A DNA stretch of 64,000 nt from Heteronotia binoei (taxonomy: Eukaryota). The DNA lies in NCBI RefSeq assembly GCF_032191835.1, contig NC_083226.1, positions 147,870,001-147,934,000 on the forward strand, given 5' to 3'. Within the stretch, counting starts at the first letter, position 1. Each line of letters starts with the position of its first letter. This document shows positions 1 through 11,667 of the stretch, in pieces. The notes under the pieces were generated by a model, which saw only the letters and a list, made by a program, of their open reading frames with translations, had not been told where the DNA came from and searched no databases. Made by a program: the position numbers and the translations under genes.

Positions 1-1573
1 GGCATTTAAAAAGTGTGTGGTCCCTTGAAGTGTGATGGCCAAAACTCCCTTTGGAGTTCAATGATGCTTGTCACACCCTTGCTCCTGGCTCCACCCCAAT
101 GTCTCCTGGCTCCACCCCCAAAGTCTCCTGGCTCTACCTCCAAAGTCCCCAGATATTTCTTGAATTGGACTTGGCAACCCTAGCTTTGAGACTCCTTAGG
201 ATAGAGAAAGGGAGGTATGAAAGCCAACTCTTCTTTAAAAAAAATGAAATCTGAGAATTCAGAGAACCTGTTACATTTAACGCATCTTCCTACAGAAGAA
301 GGTACCTTGGTCATTTGCCACCAATATTTAATGTTTGTTTCTTGTAATTTTCAACTGTTTTTAAATCATCAGAAAAGATAAAGAACCATAGTTTACTTTT
401 GTGGAACTATAGTTTGTTTCCGCTGTAGAGTTGAGGGGAAAAAATGTCAGTTGTACAGTGGCCATGATTTTATGTATGACTCAAGCTACCTTAGCCTCCA
501 AAGCATTTTCCCACACAGATGGGCAAGCCACTCCAGAAATTCAGAGGATTTTTTTTGGAAGAGCCTTCAGTATAGTATATGGGATTGTGAGCAGAAAAGT
601 CAGTCCTGCAGGAAGCCCTTGCCAGTGACCTTCTGGGTTTGGTTTCTTAAAAATTGCAACCACATTCATGGAGAGGTTTTCCAAATGCCTTTTAAAGCTT
701 GGAGCACCTTTGAATTCTGACACAATGTGTTGGACACAGCAACAAAATGGTGTCACAATATTGCTGGTATTAAGGTTGTCAGATCCCATGGTCTGCATGG
801 GGGTCTCTCGCTTTTGGGCATTCGTCTCCTCCTCCCCACAATTACCCCTTCTTACCTCTGAGAAACCAGAAATAACCGTGACATACCTATACAACCTGAG
901 AGTGATGTAGGCATGTTGGGAGTGTCAGGCAGCACCACTCTAGTTTTTGGGCAAAACTTTATGATTGGTAGCTAATTCTACCATAGAGTTTTGCTCCCAA
1001 ACAAGAGCATCGCCACCCAACATCCCTGATGTGCCTGCATCACTTCCAGATGATGTAGTCATGTCGTGATGCTCCTCCTCACTACTGGAAAGGTCTCTAC
1101 CACTCCCCTCCGGTGCGCTGTTGGGACCTGGCAACCCTAGTTGCCATATGAGTCACAGCCAGCCACAAAATGGCTGCTGTGACTTACCTTCAGTCATGCA
1201 ATGCTGTGCTGATAGCTGTTAACAAAGTAACATTTTAAATAACCACATCTCCAGTGGCCAATCAGTTGTCTTGCTGGACAAAAGCCCCACCCACATCCAA
1301 AAAATCCCACTTGATGGGCATGAGAAAAGGTGTTGGCAGGTGCCATGGCACCCATGGCCATCATGTTGGGGACCCCTGCTTTAATGGATGATCTGGGAGG
1401 AAGCCTACAAAATGCAGGAGGATCAAGCCACATGGATACTAAAACATGCTTTCAGGCTGTTGTGCTCCAAACATAGACTTATCCATCTGTGCTTTGCTTA
1501 TAGCTGACTAGGCCTTAATGAACACAAGCCCTGAAAATGGCAATTTAATATGGATATTTTTCTTTAAATGTAG

Positions 1574-1725
1574 ATCACAAAGGAAGAATTTTGCATATGT
1601 CACTGAGTCCAGAAGGAAATAAGATCTTTTCTGCTGGAGCTGATGACACAGCATATGTATGGAAGTACAGAAGGATGACACCAAACACAGCGTACTTCCA
1701 GGAAGAGAATTGTTTCAGTCAATGA
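1574..1725 (+). CDS. CDC20B: CDC20B, last coding exon (final WD40 repeat)
   Basis: Acceptor tttaaatgtag, then [52 protein letters not shown]. This matches the CDC20B C-terminus as I recall it ([30 protein letters not shown]). It is convergent with a granzyme A gene, as at the mammalian GZMA/CDC20B locus. Confidence 0.87.
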
Positions 1726-1814
1726 GCATTTTCCTCGCTATTTACTCTTAAGTCAAGTTCAGGCATAGTTGGATTTGGGAAACCCAGGTTAATATTTCCC
1801 TTGACCTGTTTGCC

Positions 1815-2012
1815 AGGCTAGCCCAATTTCCTCAGATCTTAGAAGCTAAGCAGGGTTAGCCCTGGTGAGTATTTGGATGGAAGGCTCCCAGGGAAGTCCA
1901 TGGTTGCTCTGGAGGGACAGGCAATGGCAAAGCACCTCTGTTCATCTCTTGCTTTGAAATCCCTGAGTGGTGGCCGTAGTCAGCTATTACTTGACAGCAC
2001 TTTCCACCACCA
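1815..2012 (+). mobile_element. 5S rRNA-derived SINE (5S-Sauria-like); further copies at about 7665-7845, 15455-15670, 30400-30585, 44148-44335 and 57293-57510
   Basis: 5S-like head (gatct..agaagctaagcaggg..ctggt.agta.ttggatgg) fused to the Sauria/BovB-like body ggcaatggcaaaccac. Confidence 0.7.
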
Positions 2013-2034
2013 TAAAGCATGAATTTTCACCTTG

Positions 2035-2240
2035 AACATATATGAACATATGAGGCTGACATACATGGCTTTGGTCCATCAAAGCCAGTATTGTCTACTC
2101 AGACCGGCAGCGGCTCTCCAGGGTCTCAAGCTGAGTTTTTTCAAGCCTACTTGCATGGACTCTTTTTAGTTGGAGATGCCAGGGATTGAACCTGTGACCT
2201 CCTGCTTACCAAGCAGATGTTCTACAATTGATCCACCCCC
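2035..2240 (-). mobile_element. tRNA(Ala)-derived SINE
   Basis: Same family as the 6.9-7.5 kb copies. Confidence 0.8.
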
Positions 2241-2537
2241 CTCGCCTTGTGTCTTTCTGTTTGACCCACCTCACAGGGCTGTTGTGAGACTGATGACACA
2301 TCTCAGAATTAAATACATAATGACCAATTTGTTCTAAAAGAAAAAAAATAGCCTGTTTATAGGTAGCTTAGGAAAGATTGTACAAGTTTTCAGCCCACAA
2401 ATATTTTGTTTAATTAGCTGAAAGTTAAGATTTGGGTTCCCCAAACTTGAATTTGTTTTGATTTCAGTGAAACTAGGATTTCACTCCCAATCCTTCTCAA
2501 ATGGTATTCTGAATTCTATACTGCCTAGCACCATAAG

Positions 2538-2731
2538 CAATGTTCCCTCTAAGCCGCCGAGTCTTGTGAGCAAAAATACTTCTTTGTAAGCTACTGGCAT
2601 TAAAGTTGTGAGCTACTGCATAAAGTATTGTGCTCTGGGGTCATCCTTCCTGAGCTAAGACAAAAATGTATGAACTGGAGGCTCAAAATCTGTGAGCTAG
2701 CTCACACTAACTCAGCTTAGAAGGAACATTG
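2538..2731. mobile_element. hAT MITE
   Basis: TIR CAATGTTCCCTCTAAGC / GCTTAGAAGGAACATTG; perfect 8-bp TSD ACCATAAG. Confidence 0.85.
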
Positions 2732-5339
2732 ACCATAAGTTACATAAGGGCTCAAGCATGTGAAAGAAAGAGATATGATTTCAGAGATAGCATCAGGGCA
2801 TCCTTCCTGGGAAACAGATATCCATCAATCTGAAATCTTTATCTATTCTAAAACGAGAAGGAAGAGATGAAGTGCTTAGAGTCAAAATGTGTATTTCAGA
2901 GTGGGAAACGTCTTTTCCAAAAGATAAGAACAATAGTTAACTCTATTTAAAATATGTTCTTCTAGGCCACTGTCACAAGCTTGCTGTTGCTCATGAACCA
3001 TTAACCACATACTCCAAATATATGACATATCCAAATTATATTCTAACCCACTATATTAACCTCATATGGGTTTGTGCATGCTGTTTTATTTCCCACCAAC
3101 GGGATTTCACCTACCTAGTTGGAAGGCATGCTAGATGTCACTTTTCATGTTTGGTGTGGTGAGGTGATGACACCTGTGATGATTAGAAAAAGTTGGTTTC
3201 TGGGTTTCCTTTGTGGTTCTAATTCAAAGTGGATTTTAAAAAAAAAGCCAAAAGGCTTTGATGATGAGTACCAAAATAAGTCACAAAGAAGCTGATGTCT
3301 AAGAGGAGGAGGATACTCGTTCAGTTTCTATTCTGATAATGAGTGTGATGTTGGTTAGAGCATCATTTTCTCATGAAAAAGTTCTAAAATAAAGCCAGTT
3401 TCTTTAGTGCATGACTGGAGTTTTCCAGGTTGCATCAAGCTGTGTGCTTTCTTGGCTTTTTAAGTATTTGAGGAATATAGCACAATGCCATAAAAGGACT
3501 AAGGCTTAAGATGTTTCAGATTCACAGTTTTGTAGGCAAATGATTGTGCACTGTATAGAAATGTACAGACAAACTTACAAGTTGCAGGTAGCTGCATTCA
3601 CCCAAAGCAAATCCGAAAACTAAAGCTATGTAATAATTTTATTAGGATGTGCCCAAAATAACATGCAACAGTCTACAAGCATTTGAGGTCTCCAGAACTC
3701 TTCTGCATTAGGCTGGATGTTAAAGACAGGGGGGTGGGGCAGAGGGGGCAGGAAAACCATACATCAGACCCTGATATTAAAGTTTCTTGTCTGTATCTTG
3801 CATAGAATGCCTAGCAAGGCTTGTGCAGATAACATGGTGCCACCAGTGAGCTTTTGTCAGGATACACTAAGCCTTCCAGGAAGAAGGGAGAAATTGCAGC
3901 TTCCAATGCAACAATCCAAAATTAACAAGTATGTGACTGTTCAGTGAATTAACAAGAGTGCGGGGGACGAAGGAGAAAATGAAAAGGTCAAGGCCCAGCC
4001 ATATGGTGAAGCAAACAGTAACAGAAATGTATTAGCCATATGTGACAAACTGGAACAAAAAGTTGATTTTGCAAAATGGCAGAATCGTTTGAAAAGGGGC
4101 AGAGAGAGAAGAGTGGCTATGATCAACAGCTCTTTTCTTAGCTCTCACATTGGTTGGAACAAGCCCACAGAATTCTAAAGAGGGAGCTGGGTTTTGACAG
4201 TTGTGGTGGTTGGTGAAGAAAAATTATTCCTGGGAAGGTGGCACAGAAAAGAGGTGTTACAGAGAAGGTCTCTAGGAGAGTGCCAAAGAGAATGAGTGTG
4301 GTGCAGAAACACATTAAGGGAAAAGAAATACACATTGTACAGTTACCTATGCCAGTGATAGAGGGAGAAGGGATCTCAGTCTAGAGGCAAAAGTAACAGC
4401 TGTATATGGGCAGGGATATCTGGAAGGCAGAAATGTGTGATGGCTTTCTGAGTATTAGAGGAATCATGGTCTGGCCAGAGAAAGGAGTTGGTGTGGATAC
4501 AACCTGGTTCAAATAAAAAGTGGGTTTCTGTTTAAAAACCTCAGTTCAATGAAATCTGTAAGCTGAGGTATCTGAAGAAGATAAACAAATTGGAAGGGAA
4601 GGGAAGAAATCACCTCACATACTATTGGAAGTCAAAGGAAGGTATGTTCTAATGGCTGTTTCCTCTAATAAACACCTGAAGGCTTGATTTATAGGCACAT
4701 CCAAAAAGACTATATAGATTGAGTTCCTTTTCTGAACACAGCAGTCCTGCCTTTCAGTTACCAACACAATATCAACCTGAAAGTCCTAAAAATGTATGCT
4801 TATTCCCACCCTGTTAAGCCAATACATTTTGTTATTTTATTTGAGTTTCTAATGTCTCCAGTGCCGTTTCTGCTCATCCTAGGGAAAGTTGGACAACTCC
4901 TGCGTTCCACTTTTTACCTTTACGTATTATATGGTGGGAGAAAAGAAGAGGGTTTTTTTTGTTTTCGTAAACTGTACCAAAACTGTTAGGAGGAAAGAGA
5001 TAGGAAACCCCTTCCTGAATAAAGGGAATTAATAAAGGGAATTAGGAATTCCAATATTAATATTAGCAAGAAATAATTTCCAAGTATTACATTTGATTTT
5101 AACATAACACTGATCATACTTTGCTCTGTAGATCTAGATCATACAAACTATATTAAGAGGATAAACTTGTTAGACAAGAAATATTGAATAAATTCTATCG
5201 AGTATATTCTCTCACATTTTTCCTGTTATTTACCTACATCAAATAGTTCAGGCCTTATATAAACAGTTATGCATAGTTCTTTATTATTTATGTTTCACTC
5301 CTCAATTATGCCCATAATATGAATAATAAGCTTTCAATT

Positions 5340-5565
5340 TGGACATATGGACATGGACATATGAAGCTGCCATACTGAATCAGACCCCCCTCGGTCCATC
5401 AAAGACAGTATTGTCTACTCAGACTGGCAGCGGCTCTCCAGGGACTCAAGCTGAGGTTTTTCACACCTCTTTGCCTGGACCCTTTTTTGGAGATGCCAGG
5501 GATTGAACCTGGGACCTTCTGCTTACCAAGCAGATGCTCTACCACTGAGCCACTGTCCCTCCCCA
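5340..5565 (-). mobile_element. tRNA(Ala)-derived SINE
   Basis: Same family; intact A/B boxes. Confidence 0.82.
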
Positions 5566-5830
5566 GGAATTTCTCCAGGAATTCTAAAAAAATACAAGGT
5601 TTTCATAGAAAATGATGGAACTTTATATCCCAAACAAATGAATACTGGGTGTTGATATAGCTTGTTGAGATTCTCTCTGTCCTTTTCTTTTGTGCATCTA
5701 TAAAAATGGAATATTGTAATGGGGTCTGACACATAGATGAATAAGATGAGCATAAATCAATGAACAAGCTTTTTAAAAAAGACACTGCATCAATAGGTAT
5801 CAAGAGAGTATGAAGCATAAAATCCAGTGA

Positions 5831-5995
5831 TCAGTCTAGATTTCGCCCTATGGTTTTCTTAATCCATTCGAGATAGTCCTTTGTGAGACGAGTGTAGACA
5901 CCAGGATATTTTGGATCACCACATTTTCCTGGTAGACCAAAAGAAGTGATGCCTCTTTGTATTCCTTCACATATTAAAGGGCCACCAGAGTCACC
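5831..5995 (-). CDS. GZMA: Granzyme A-like paralog 1, exon 5 (Ser195, stop)
   Basis: ttccag|[54 protein letters not shown]. The SFG..KCGDP..PGVY motif is GZMA-type. Confidence 0.95.
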   Translation of the reverse strand, partial: GDSGGPLICEGIQRGITSFGLPGKCGDPKYPGVYTRLTKDYLEWIKKTIGRNLD

Positions 5996-6527
5996 CTGGA
6001 AAAAGAAAGATACATGCTTGACATCCAGCAAAATTAAACTGTCCAGTCAGGCTTTAACAAACTGAAAGGGGCATTAGGAAACATGAAACTCTTGCATTTA
6101 ATGATTTCCTGAAATATTTTAACTAAAGCAGTACATGAAATAGAAGATGGACTGATGTTCTAAGTGCTGGATTTCCTCTGAAAGTGACATCCAACTGTTG
6201 GCCCAATGGCCATTTTAATTTTTTTTCTTGGTGGTAGGAACTGGGAATGGGTCAATATGGCACCTCCAGTGGCTGACGGGGCTGCTCTGATGGCCAACCA
6301 TCTCTACAGCCATTACATGCATATGCGGTATGCAATACTTGATTCCATAAGCTAGCTATGTGCAGGTCTTGTAGCAGCACTACAATGTAACTGTAACCCC
6401 TAACTACAAACCTTCCCATTGATCAGTAATTTATGGATAAAGTAATTGTGGGTATTGCTGCTGTTCAAAGTAATACCATCCATCTCAATATAATTTTTCC
6501 CTTTGATTAGCAAATAACTCCTCTTAC

Positions 6528-6794
6528 CTTGCATGTATCTTTCCTTGGTTTTTTTGTACCACCAGCACACACCATGTTTGGAGTCACAAGAGCTTTGGAA
6601 TTATACAGCTTCTTGCAGATGTGTCTGTCAATAACCATGACGTCAACTTCACGCAGTGTATCAGATGGTTTCCCTCTGTTTTCAGTAATTCCCCATCCAG
6701 TGACTAGACACTGAGTTCTTGCCTTGATATCATCATAAGTTTTGGGCATTGGGATGCTTTTTACAGCTCGAGTAATCTTTGCTTTTCTGTCAAG
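6528..6794 (-). CDS. GZMA: Granzyme A-like paralog 1, exon 4 (Asp189)
   Basis: cttcag|LDRKAKITRAVKSIPMPKTYDDIKARTQCLVTGWG...SDTLREV...MVCAGGTKKPRKDTCK|gtaaga; 267 nt. Confidence 0.95.
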
Positions 6795-6888
6795 CTGAAG
6801 AAATAATAATAAGCCACAATGATATCAGAAGTTTGTTGTTTCAATGTACATTATTCCATGTAGTCTGCTCCATGCAAATCTTATCATT

Positions 6889-7508
6889 GGGAGGGGCTAT
6901 GGCACACTGACAGAGCATCTGTTTGATATACAGAAGGTCCCAGGTTCAATCCCTAGCATCTCCAGGTAAAAGGACTGAGTAGGAAATGATGTGAAAGACC
7001 TCAGTTTGAGACGCTGGAGACAGAGCCACTGCTGGTCTGAGTAGACAATAATGACTTTGATAGGTCAAGGGTCTGATTAAGTATAAGGAAGCTTCATGTG
7101 TTTATGTGGCTAAAACAAGATGCCAGTGTGGATATTCTATGTTTAGGGAGGGGCTGTGGCTCAGTGGTAGAGCATTTGCTTGACATGCAGAAGGTCCCCA
7201 GATTCAATCCCTGTTATCTCCAGTTAAAAGATCTGATGGTAGGTGATGTGAAAGACCTCTGCCTGAGACTCTGGAGAGCTGCTGCCAGTCTGAGTAGACA
7301 ATTTGGGAGGGGCTATGGCTCCATGGTAGAGGATCTGCTTGGCATGCAGAAGGTCCCAGGTTCAGTTCCCAGTATCTCCAATTAAAAGATTTGGCAGTAG
7401 GTGATGTGAAAGACCCTCTGCCAGATGACTTGGACAACTGCTGCCAGTCTGAATAGACAATACTGACTTTGATTGGCCAAGGGTCTGATTCAGTATAAGA
7501 CAGTATTC
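6889..7508 (+). mobile_element. Three tandem tRNA(Ala)-derived SINEs (6889-7107, 7146-7300, 7305-7508)
   Basis: Heads gggaggggc..gctcagtggtagagc..ggttcaatccc..catctcca with A/B boxes and a shared body. Confidence 0.8.
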
Positions 7509-9387
7509 AATGTACTCAGTTTTTACTGGCAAAGCACTATTGAGACTTGCCAGAGGTACTGTTGCATTACATTTTGCTATTCTATATACTCCCAGTAGAT
7601 AATTTCTACATAAAATTGAGGGCTTCTATAAAGGGAGCACGGTGGTCATCTGCCCTGACTTGTATGGTCCCAGGCTAGCCTGATCTCATCACATCTTGGA
7701 AGCTTAGTATTTGGTTAGGAGACCAAGGAAAACCAGGGTTGCTAAGCAGAGGCAGGCAATGGCAAACCACCACCAAACGTCTCTTGTCTTGAAAATCCTA
7801 TGGGGCTGCCATAAGAATGCTGCAACTTGATTGCAAAAAAAGAAAGAAAAAAGATCATAATGTATTCCACTGTTTACCATTGAAGAGGGACCCCTGAATA
7901 ATTAATGAATACCTCAATAATAATAATAATTGAAAATATGGTTGTGCCTTCAAAAGAGAATGTCTGATGCAACATTTAGAGTGACTGTTAAGAGGCCCCT
8001 AAGAGGAGCTTCTGCTAAACTGTTAAAACCAGACAGGCTAAGGGTGTGAATCCAAGATGACAGAGGCCCCGCAGAGAAGGAGCTTCTTGCTGATAACACA
8101 GAGGGACAGAGCAGGGGAAAACTACAAGAAATTACTGGAAGGAAAGCAGGAGGTGGAGCATTTGAATTAGATAAGAGGGGGTTTGTCTGCTTGTTTTGGG
8201 GATGAATAAAAATGGTCAGAAGGATGATGATTTTAACTTAGTCATTTTGAGCTTATGCTGACAAGTTCTACTTTGATGTCAAAGTAAAATACCTCACTTC
8301 AAACCAAGCAATGTGTGGGGCTTCATTATTTACCTGCTACACCATATGTACTAACTTTCCCTTACTGCCTTACTTTCTATTTTTGCAATTTCATTCCTTT
8401 TTGCATAATTTTTTTTGTTTCTCATTTTTTAATCTTAGACCTATTGTGTGGTTTGTTGGATGTCTCATGCTGTACAACTGCATTTTTTTTACAATGTGTA
8501 AATTTTTTTTACAATTTTTTCACAACCCTGAATCTCAGACCACTGCACACTGGAGTTACTCCTTTTCTTTTTATTATTATAATGGAGTCTTTACAAAATA
8601 ATAATGGAAAATAAAAGAAAAAATCACAATCAATTTTGCTGCAAAGAGGAAAAAAAAAATCAAGCCCTCTCCCCAGAACTAATTAATGGTCAAATCAGAA
8701 ATGCTACAACCTCCACAAATGAATGTGAAGTACCTACAGATCAGTGGATTCCTCTGATTCCACGCTCATTAAGAGAGGTTTTGTCTTTAATCTGGTGTTT
8801 TCACTCCTGTCATATTTCATGGAATTTTAAGGAACAGGACCCAAGATGGAAAGAAGAATGTTTCCAATTTCCCTATTGTCTATCTAGGCCAGGAACAATA
8901 AGGAAAACTGCTGTAATCCTATGTTTGTGCAGTCCCACAGCCCTAAAGAAAACTAGGGTTCTTGAGAAAAGTGTATTCACATGTTGCAAATCAACAATAG
9001 CAACATAATACCAGAAGCCCACTTCTAATGGAGGGAAACCTGGCTGAGCAAGCTCTCTGCTATTGGTGGATGAGGGAGGGGAGGATTCCACCAGATTCTT
9101 CCTCCTTACTGAGTCTTTCTGTATGTGTGACATTTTGTTAAAGAAGCACAGGCCTTTCAGGAATAACAGGCGGCTGCTAGGCAAAAGTGAAAGTGGGGGA
9201 AATCTGCTCCTGTTAACTTATGTTTGTAGTTGGCAGTATTTAACCCATTGTTAATAAAGTTCACTATTACAATCTTTTTGGTGGAAAAGTATCCTGCTAT
9301 TTACGTGAAAAGGCTCGTGAAGATAAATACAACATTCATCCCACCAACTTTGCAGAGCATTCCTTCAAGTTCAGTTTTAAAATGTAC

Positions 9388-9532
9388 CTGCAAAAGCTTA
9401 ATGTCATTTTCATTTGTTCTCCCATTGTATTTCGGGTGGGCAACCATGTTGATAATTTGAAAAAACTGTTTTTCTTTCTCATTGTTAGATAGTGAGTGAG
9501 CACCAAGAACAACAGTTGTTGTTTCCTTCTCT
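9388..9532 (-). CDS. GZMA: Granzyme A-like paralog 1, exon 3 (Asp102)
   Basis: ctttccag|..EKETTTVVLGAHSLSNNEKEKQFFQIINMVAHPKYNGRTNENDIKLLQ|gtacat; 145 nt. Confidence 0.95.
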
Positions 9533-10184
9533 CTGGAAAGATAAGAAATGGATTTGAAAAGTGAATGTACATTAATTAGTATATTTTTATCCAGATTTTC
9601 TCCTGATGGGAAACCCAAGTGACTTACTAAAAGTACACACAAAACCAAATGCATTAACCAAAGTTCATTTCTAATCTGAACTGATACTCATGTATAACCA
9701 ATTCCCTGCACTGATATTTAAGTATCTTGAATTTTGCCTTTGCATGTGCTTTCATCAGGGTTTCCTTTCATTCAGTACTCTCTCTCTATACTTATTCACA
9801 TTTAGAACCACACATAATATGCTGCACATATATGATTGGACTAGGGTTGCCTGTCCTGCAGTCCTAGCTCCTTTTTCTTGCCACCACTCAGAAAGGCTGG
9901 GGGTGGGGGGGAACTGTTGAGTCAATGGCATGTCATCATTTCTGGGGAAAACCAGTTTCCCCAGAAGTGAGGTCATACTGTTGGCCCAACAGCCATTATA
10001 TCATACCTTACATAGCTATTTTACCATAGAGTTTCTGGAGATTTCTGGAGAGGCGTGACTTCACTTCCAGGTTTCCCTTGGTTTTTGAGCTGTTGCCAAC
10101 TACTGTCCCCCTCGTTCTCATGTCATAGGTTGTGCAACTTCAGGCAGAACTGCATATAAAAATGAAATCTTTCTCCAAACTTAC

Positions 10185-10329
10185 GTAGAACAATGAGCTG
10201 CAGTTAGCACCCAGTTTCCTTGGATCAAAGTTCCTCCACAGAATGAATGGTTCCTTTTCATTAAGGCAGCCATATAGGGTCTTGAATGTGGAGCTGATTC
10301 TTTCCCTCCAATGATACTTGCACAATGAC
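10185..10329 (-). CDS. GZMA: Granzyme A-like paralog 1, exon 2 (pro-dipeptide, IIGG, His57)
   Basis: ctacttag|(G)[47 protein letters not shown]|gtaagt; 145 nt. Confidence 0.95.
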
Positions 10330-10914
10330 CTAAGTAGAAAGAAGCCAAGGTAACCCAGCTGCTTTGTACACACTGTCATGTAGATTAATCAGCCAGTTCC
10401 AGTGCAGGAAATATATCTGGGCAAGAGGTTAATGCAGGCACATATATTCACATAAGATATTTTAAAGATATTTAATGTTGCTGAAAGGTGGAACATCAAT
10501 TGATTCTTCTAAAGGCCAAGTCATATATTATGGCTTTGGGAATGGATGGGAGGCTGCTGAAAAGAGGTCTGTAGGGATGTTTGTTCAAATGTGTCTGGTC
10601 TGAAAATATATCTGAAAAATATCTTGGTATTACGGGGGGATATTCTGGATCTGAGTAGATATTCGAGAATTGCACAAATGACACTATTCTGATCCCGATT
10701 ATTTGTGGAGGCCAGTGTTTGAAAGCATCAGACTCTGGGGTTTTTTGTTGTGTGTGTGTTTTGCTTTTGGCTGGTTTCCTTGGCAACAGTAATGGGAAAG
10801 AAAGCAACACTTACAATAAAATGGGATCATGCTTTAGGGGGAGCTTACCAGGTTAGTTAAGAACATAAGAGAAGCCATGTTGGATCAGTTCTACTGGAAT
10901 TGTTTGGTTTGACG

Positions 10915-11655
10915 TTAAGAACATAGGAAGATCAGACCAGTAGTCTGTCTAGTCCAGCATCCTGTTGCACACAGTGGCCAGCCAGTTCCTCTGGATGGCC
11001 AGCAACAAGGCATAGAGACCTTCTCATGATGTTGCCTCCTGGCTCTGAGATTCAGAAGTTTAGTGCCTCCGAATGTGGATGTTCCCCTCAGTCACCATGG
11101 CTAATAGCCATTGATAGACTTATTCTCCATTAATCTATCTAATCCCCCTTTAAAGCTATTTATTCCTGTAGCCACCACTACATCCTCTGGCAGTGAATTC
11201 CATGTTTTAATCATACTCTGTGTAAAGTAGCATTTCCTTTTGTTTATCCTGAATCTACAGTCCATCAGCTTAATTGGATACACTTGAGTTCTAGTATTTT
11301 GGGAGAGGAAGAAAAAATTATTTTTGTCAACTCTCTCCACCACATGCGTAATTTAAACCCCCCCAATCATGTCCCACTTTAGTAATCTCTTCAGCCTTTC
11401 CTCATAGTTAAGGTGCTCCAATCCCCAAATAATCTTGGTTGCCTTTTTCTGTGCTTTTCCCAGCTCTGCAATGTCGTTTTGGAGTTGTGACCAGAACTGC
11501 ATACAGTATTCCAAATAAGGCCACACCATACAGGAGTGTTACAATATTGGCTGTTTTATTTTCCTAGTTATCCCTAATATCGAGTTTGCATTTTTCACTG
11601 CTGCAGCACACTGAGTTGACACTTTCATTGAGCTATCCTCTATGACCCCAAGATC
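10915..11655 (-). mobile_element. Older CR1, 3' part
   Basis: RT C-terminal residues (..TWNSLPEDVV..SFKGGLDRLME..) and a CR1-type tail. Confidence 0.8.
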
Positions 11656-11667
11656 TTTTCCCCTTTC

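Noticed and set aside
51-254. Short ORFs with PGSTPK/GGGAR repeats (also 57543-58008 in part, 15975-16388 and 19433-20006)
   Set aside because: They are translations of hAT MITE interiors and other repeats, not genes.
541-894. ORFs at 431-910 as further CDC20B exons
   Set aside because: No WD40 or CDC20B similarity in any frame I could read; the earlier exons (and the miR-449 intron) must lie upstream of the window.
1815-1900. 5S rRNA-like sequences (six copies)
   Set aside because: They are diverged, fused to a Sauria-like body and dispersed; these are SINE3-type elements, not rRNA genes.
5500-5565. tRNA-Ala-like sequences (also at about 6.9-7.4, 15.15, 17.2, 49.5 and 52.9 kb)
   Set aside because: Each continues into a shared SINE body and tail and has a degenerate cloverleaf; these are SINE heads, not tRNA genes.
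5831-6794. Calling paralog 1 GZMK because of [13 protein letters not shown]
   Set aside because: The rest of exon 5 (GITSFG..KCGDP..PGVY) and its position next to CDC20B are GZMA-like; a phylogeny is needed to be certain.
8604-9008. 134-aa ORF in intron 3 of paralog 1
   Set aside because: No recognisable domain or splice context; a short resemblance to about 23980 (gctacaac..aaatgaatgt) is too brief to support homology.
10496-10855. ORF 10496-10810 and the donor-like CTG|gtaagc at about 10850 as an alternative exon 1 of paralog 1
   Set aside because: No convincing signal peptide or matching acceptor/ATG; the sequence upstream of the donor is a CR1 tail.
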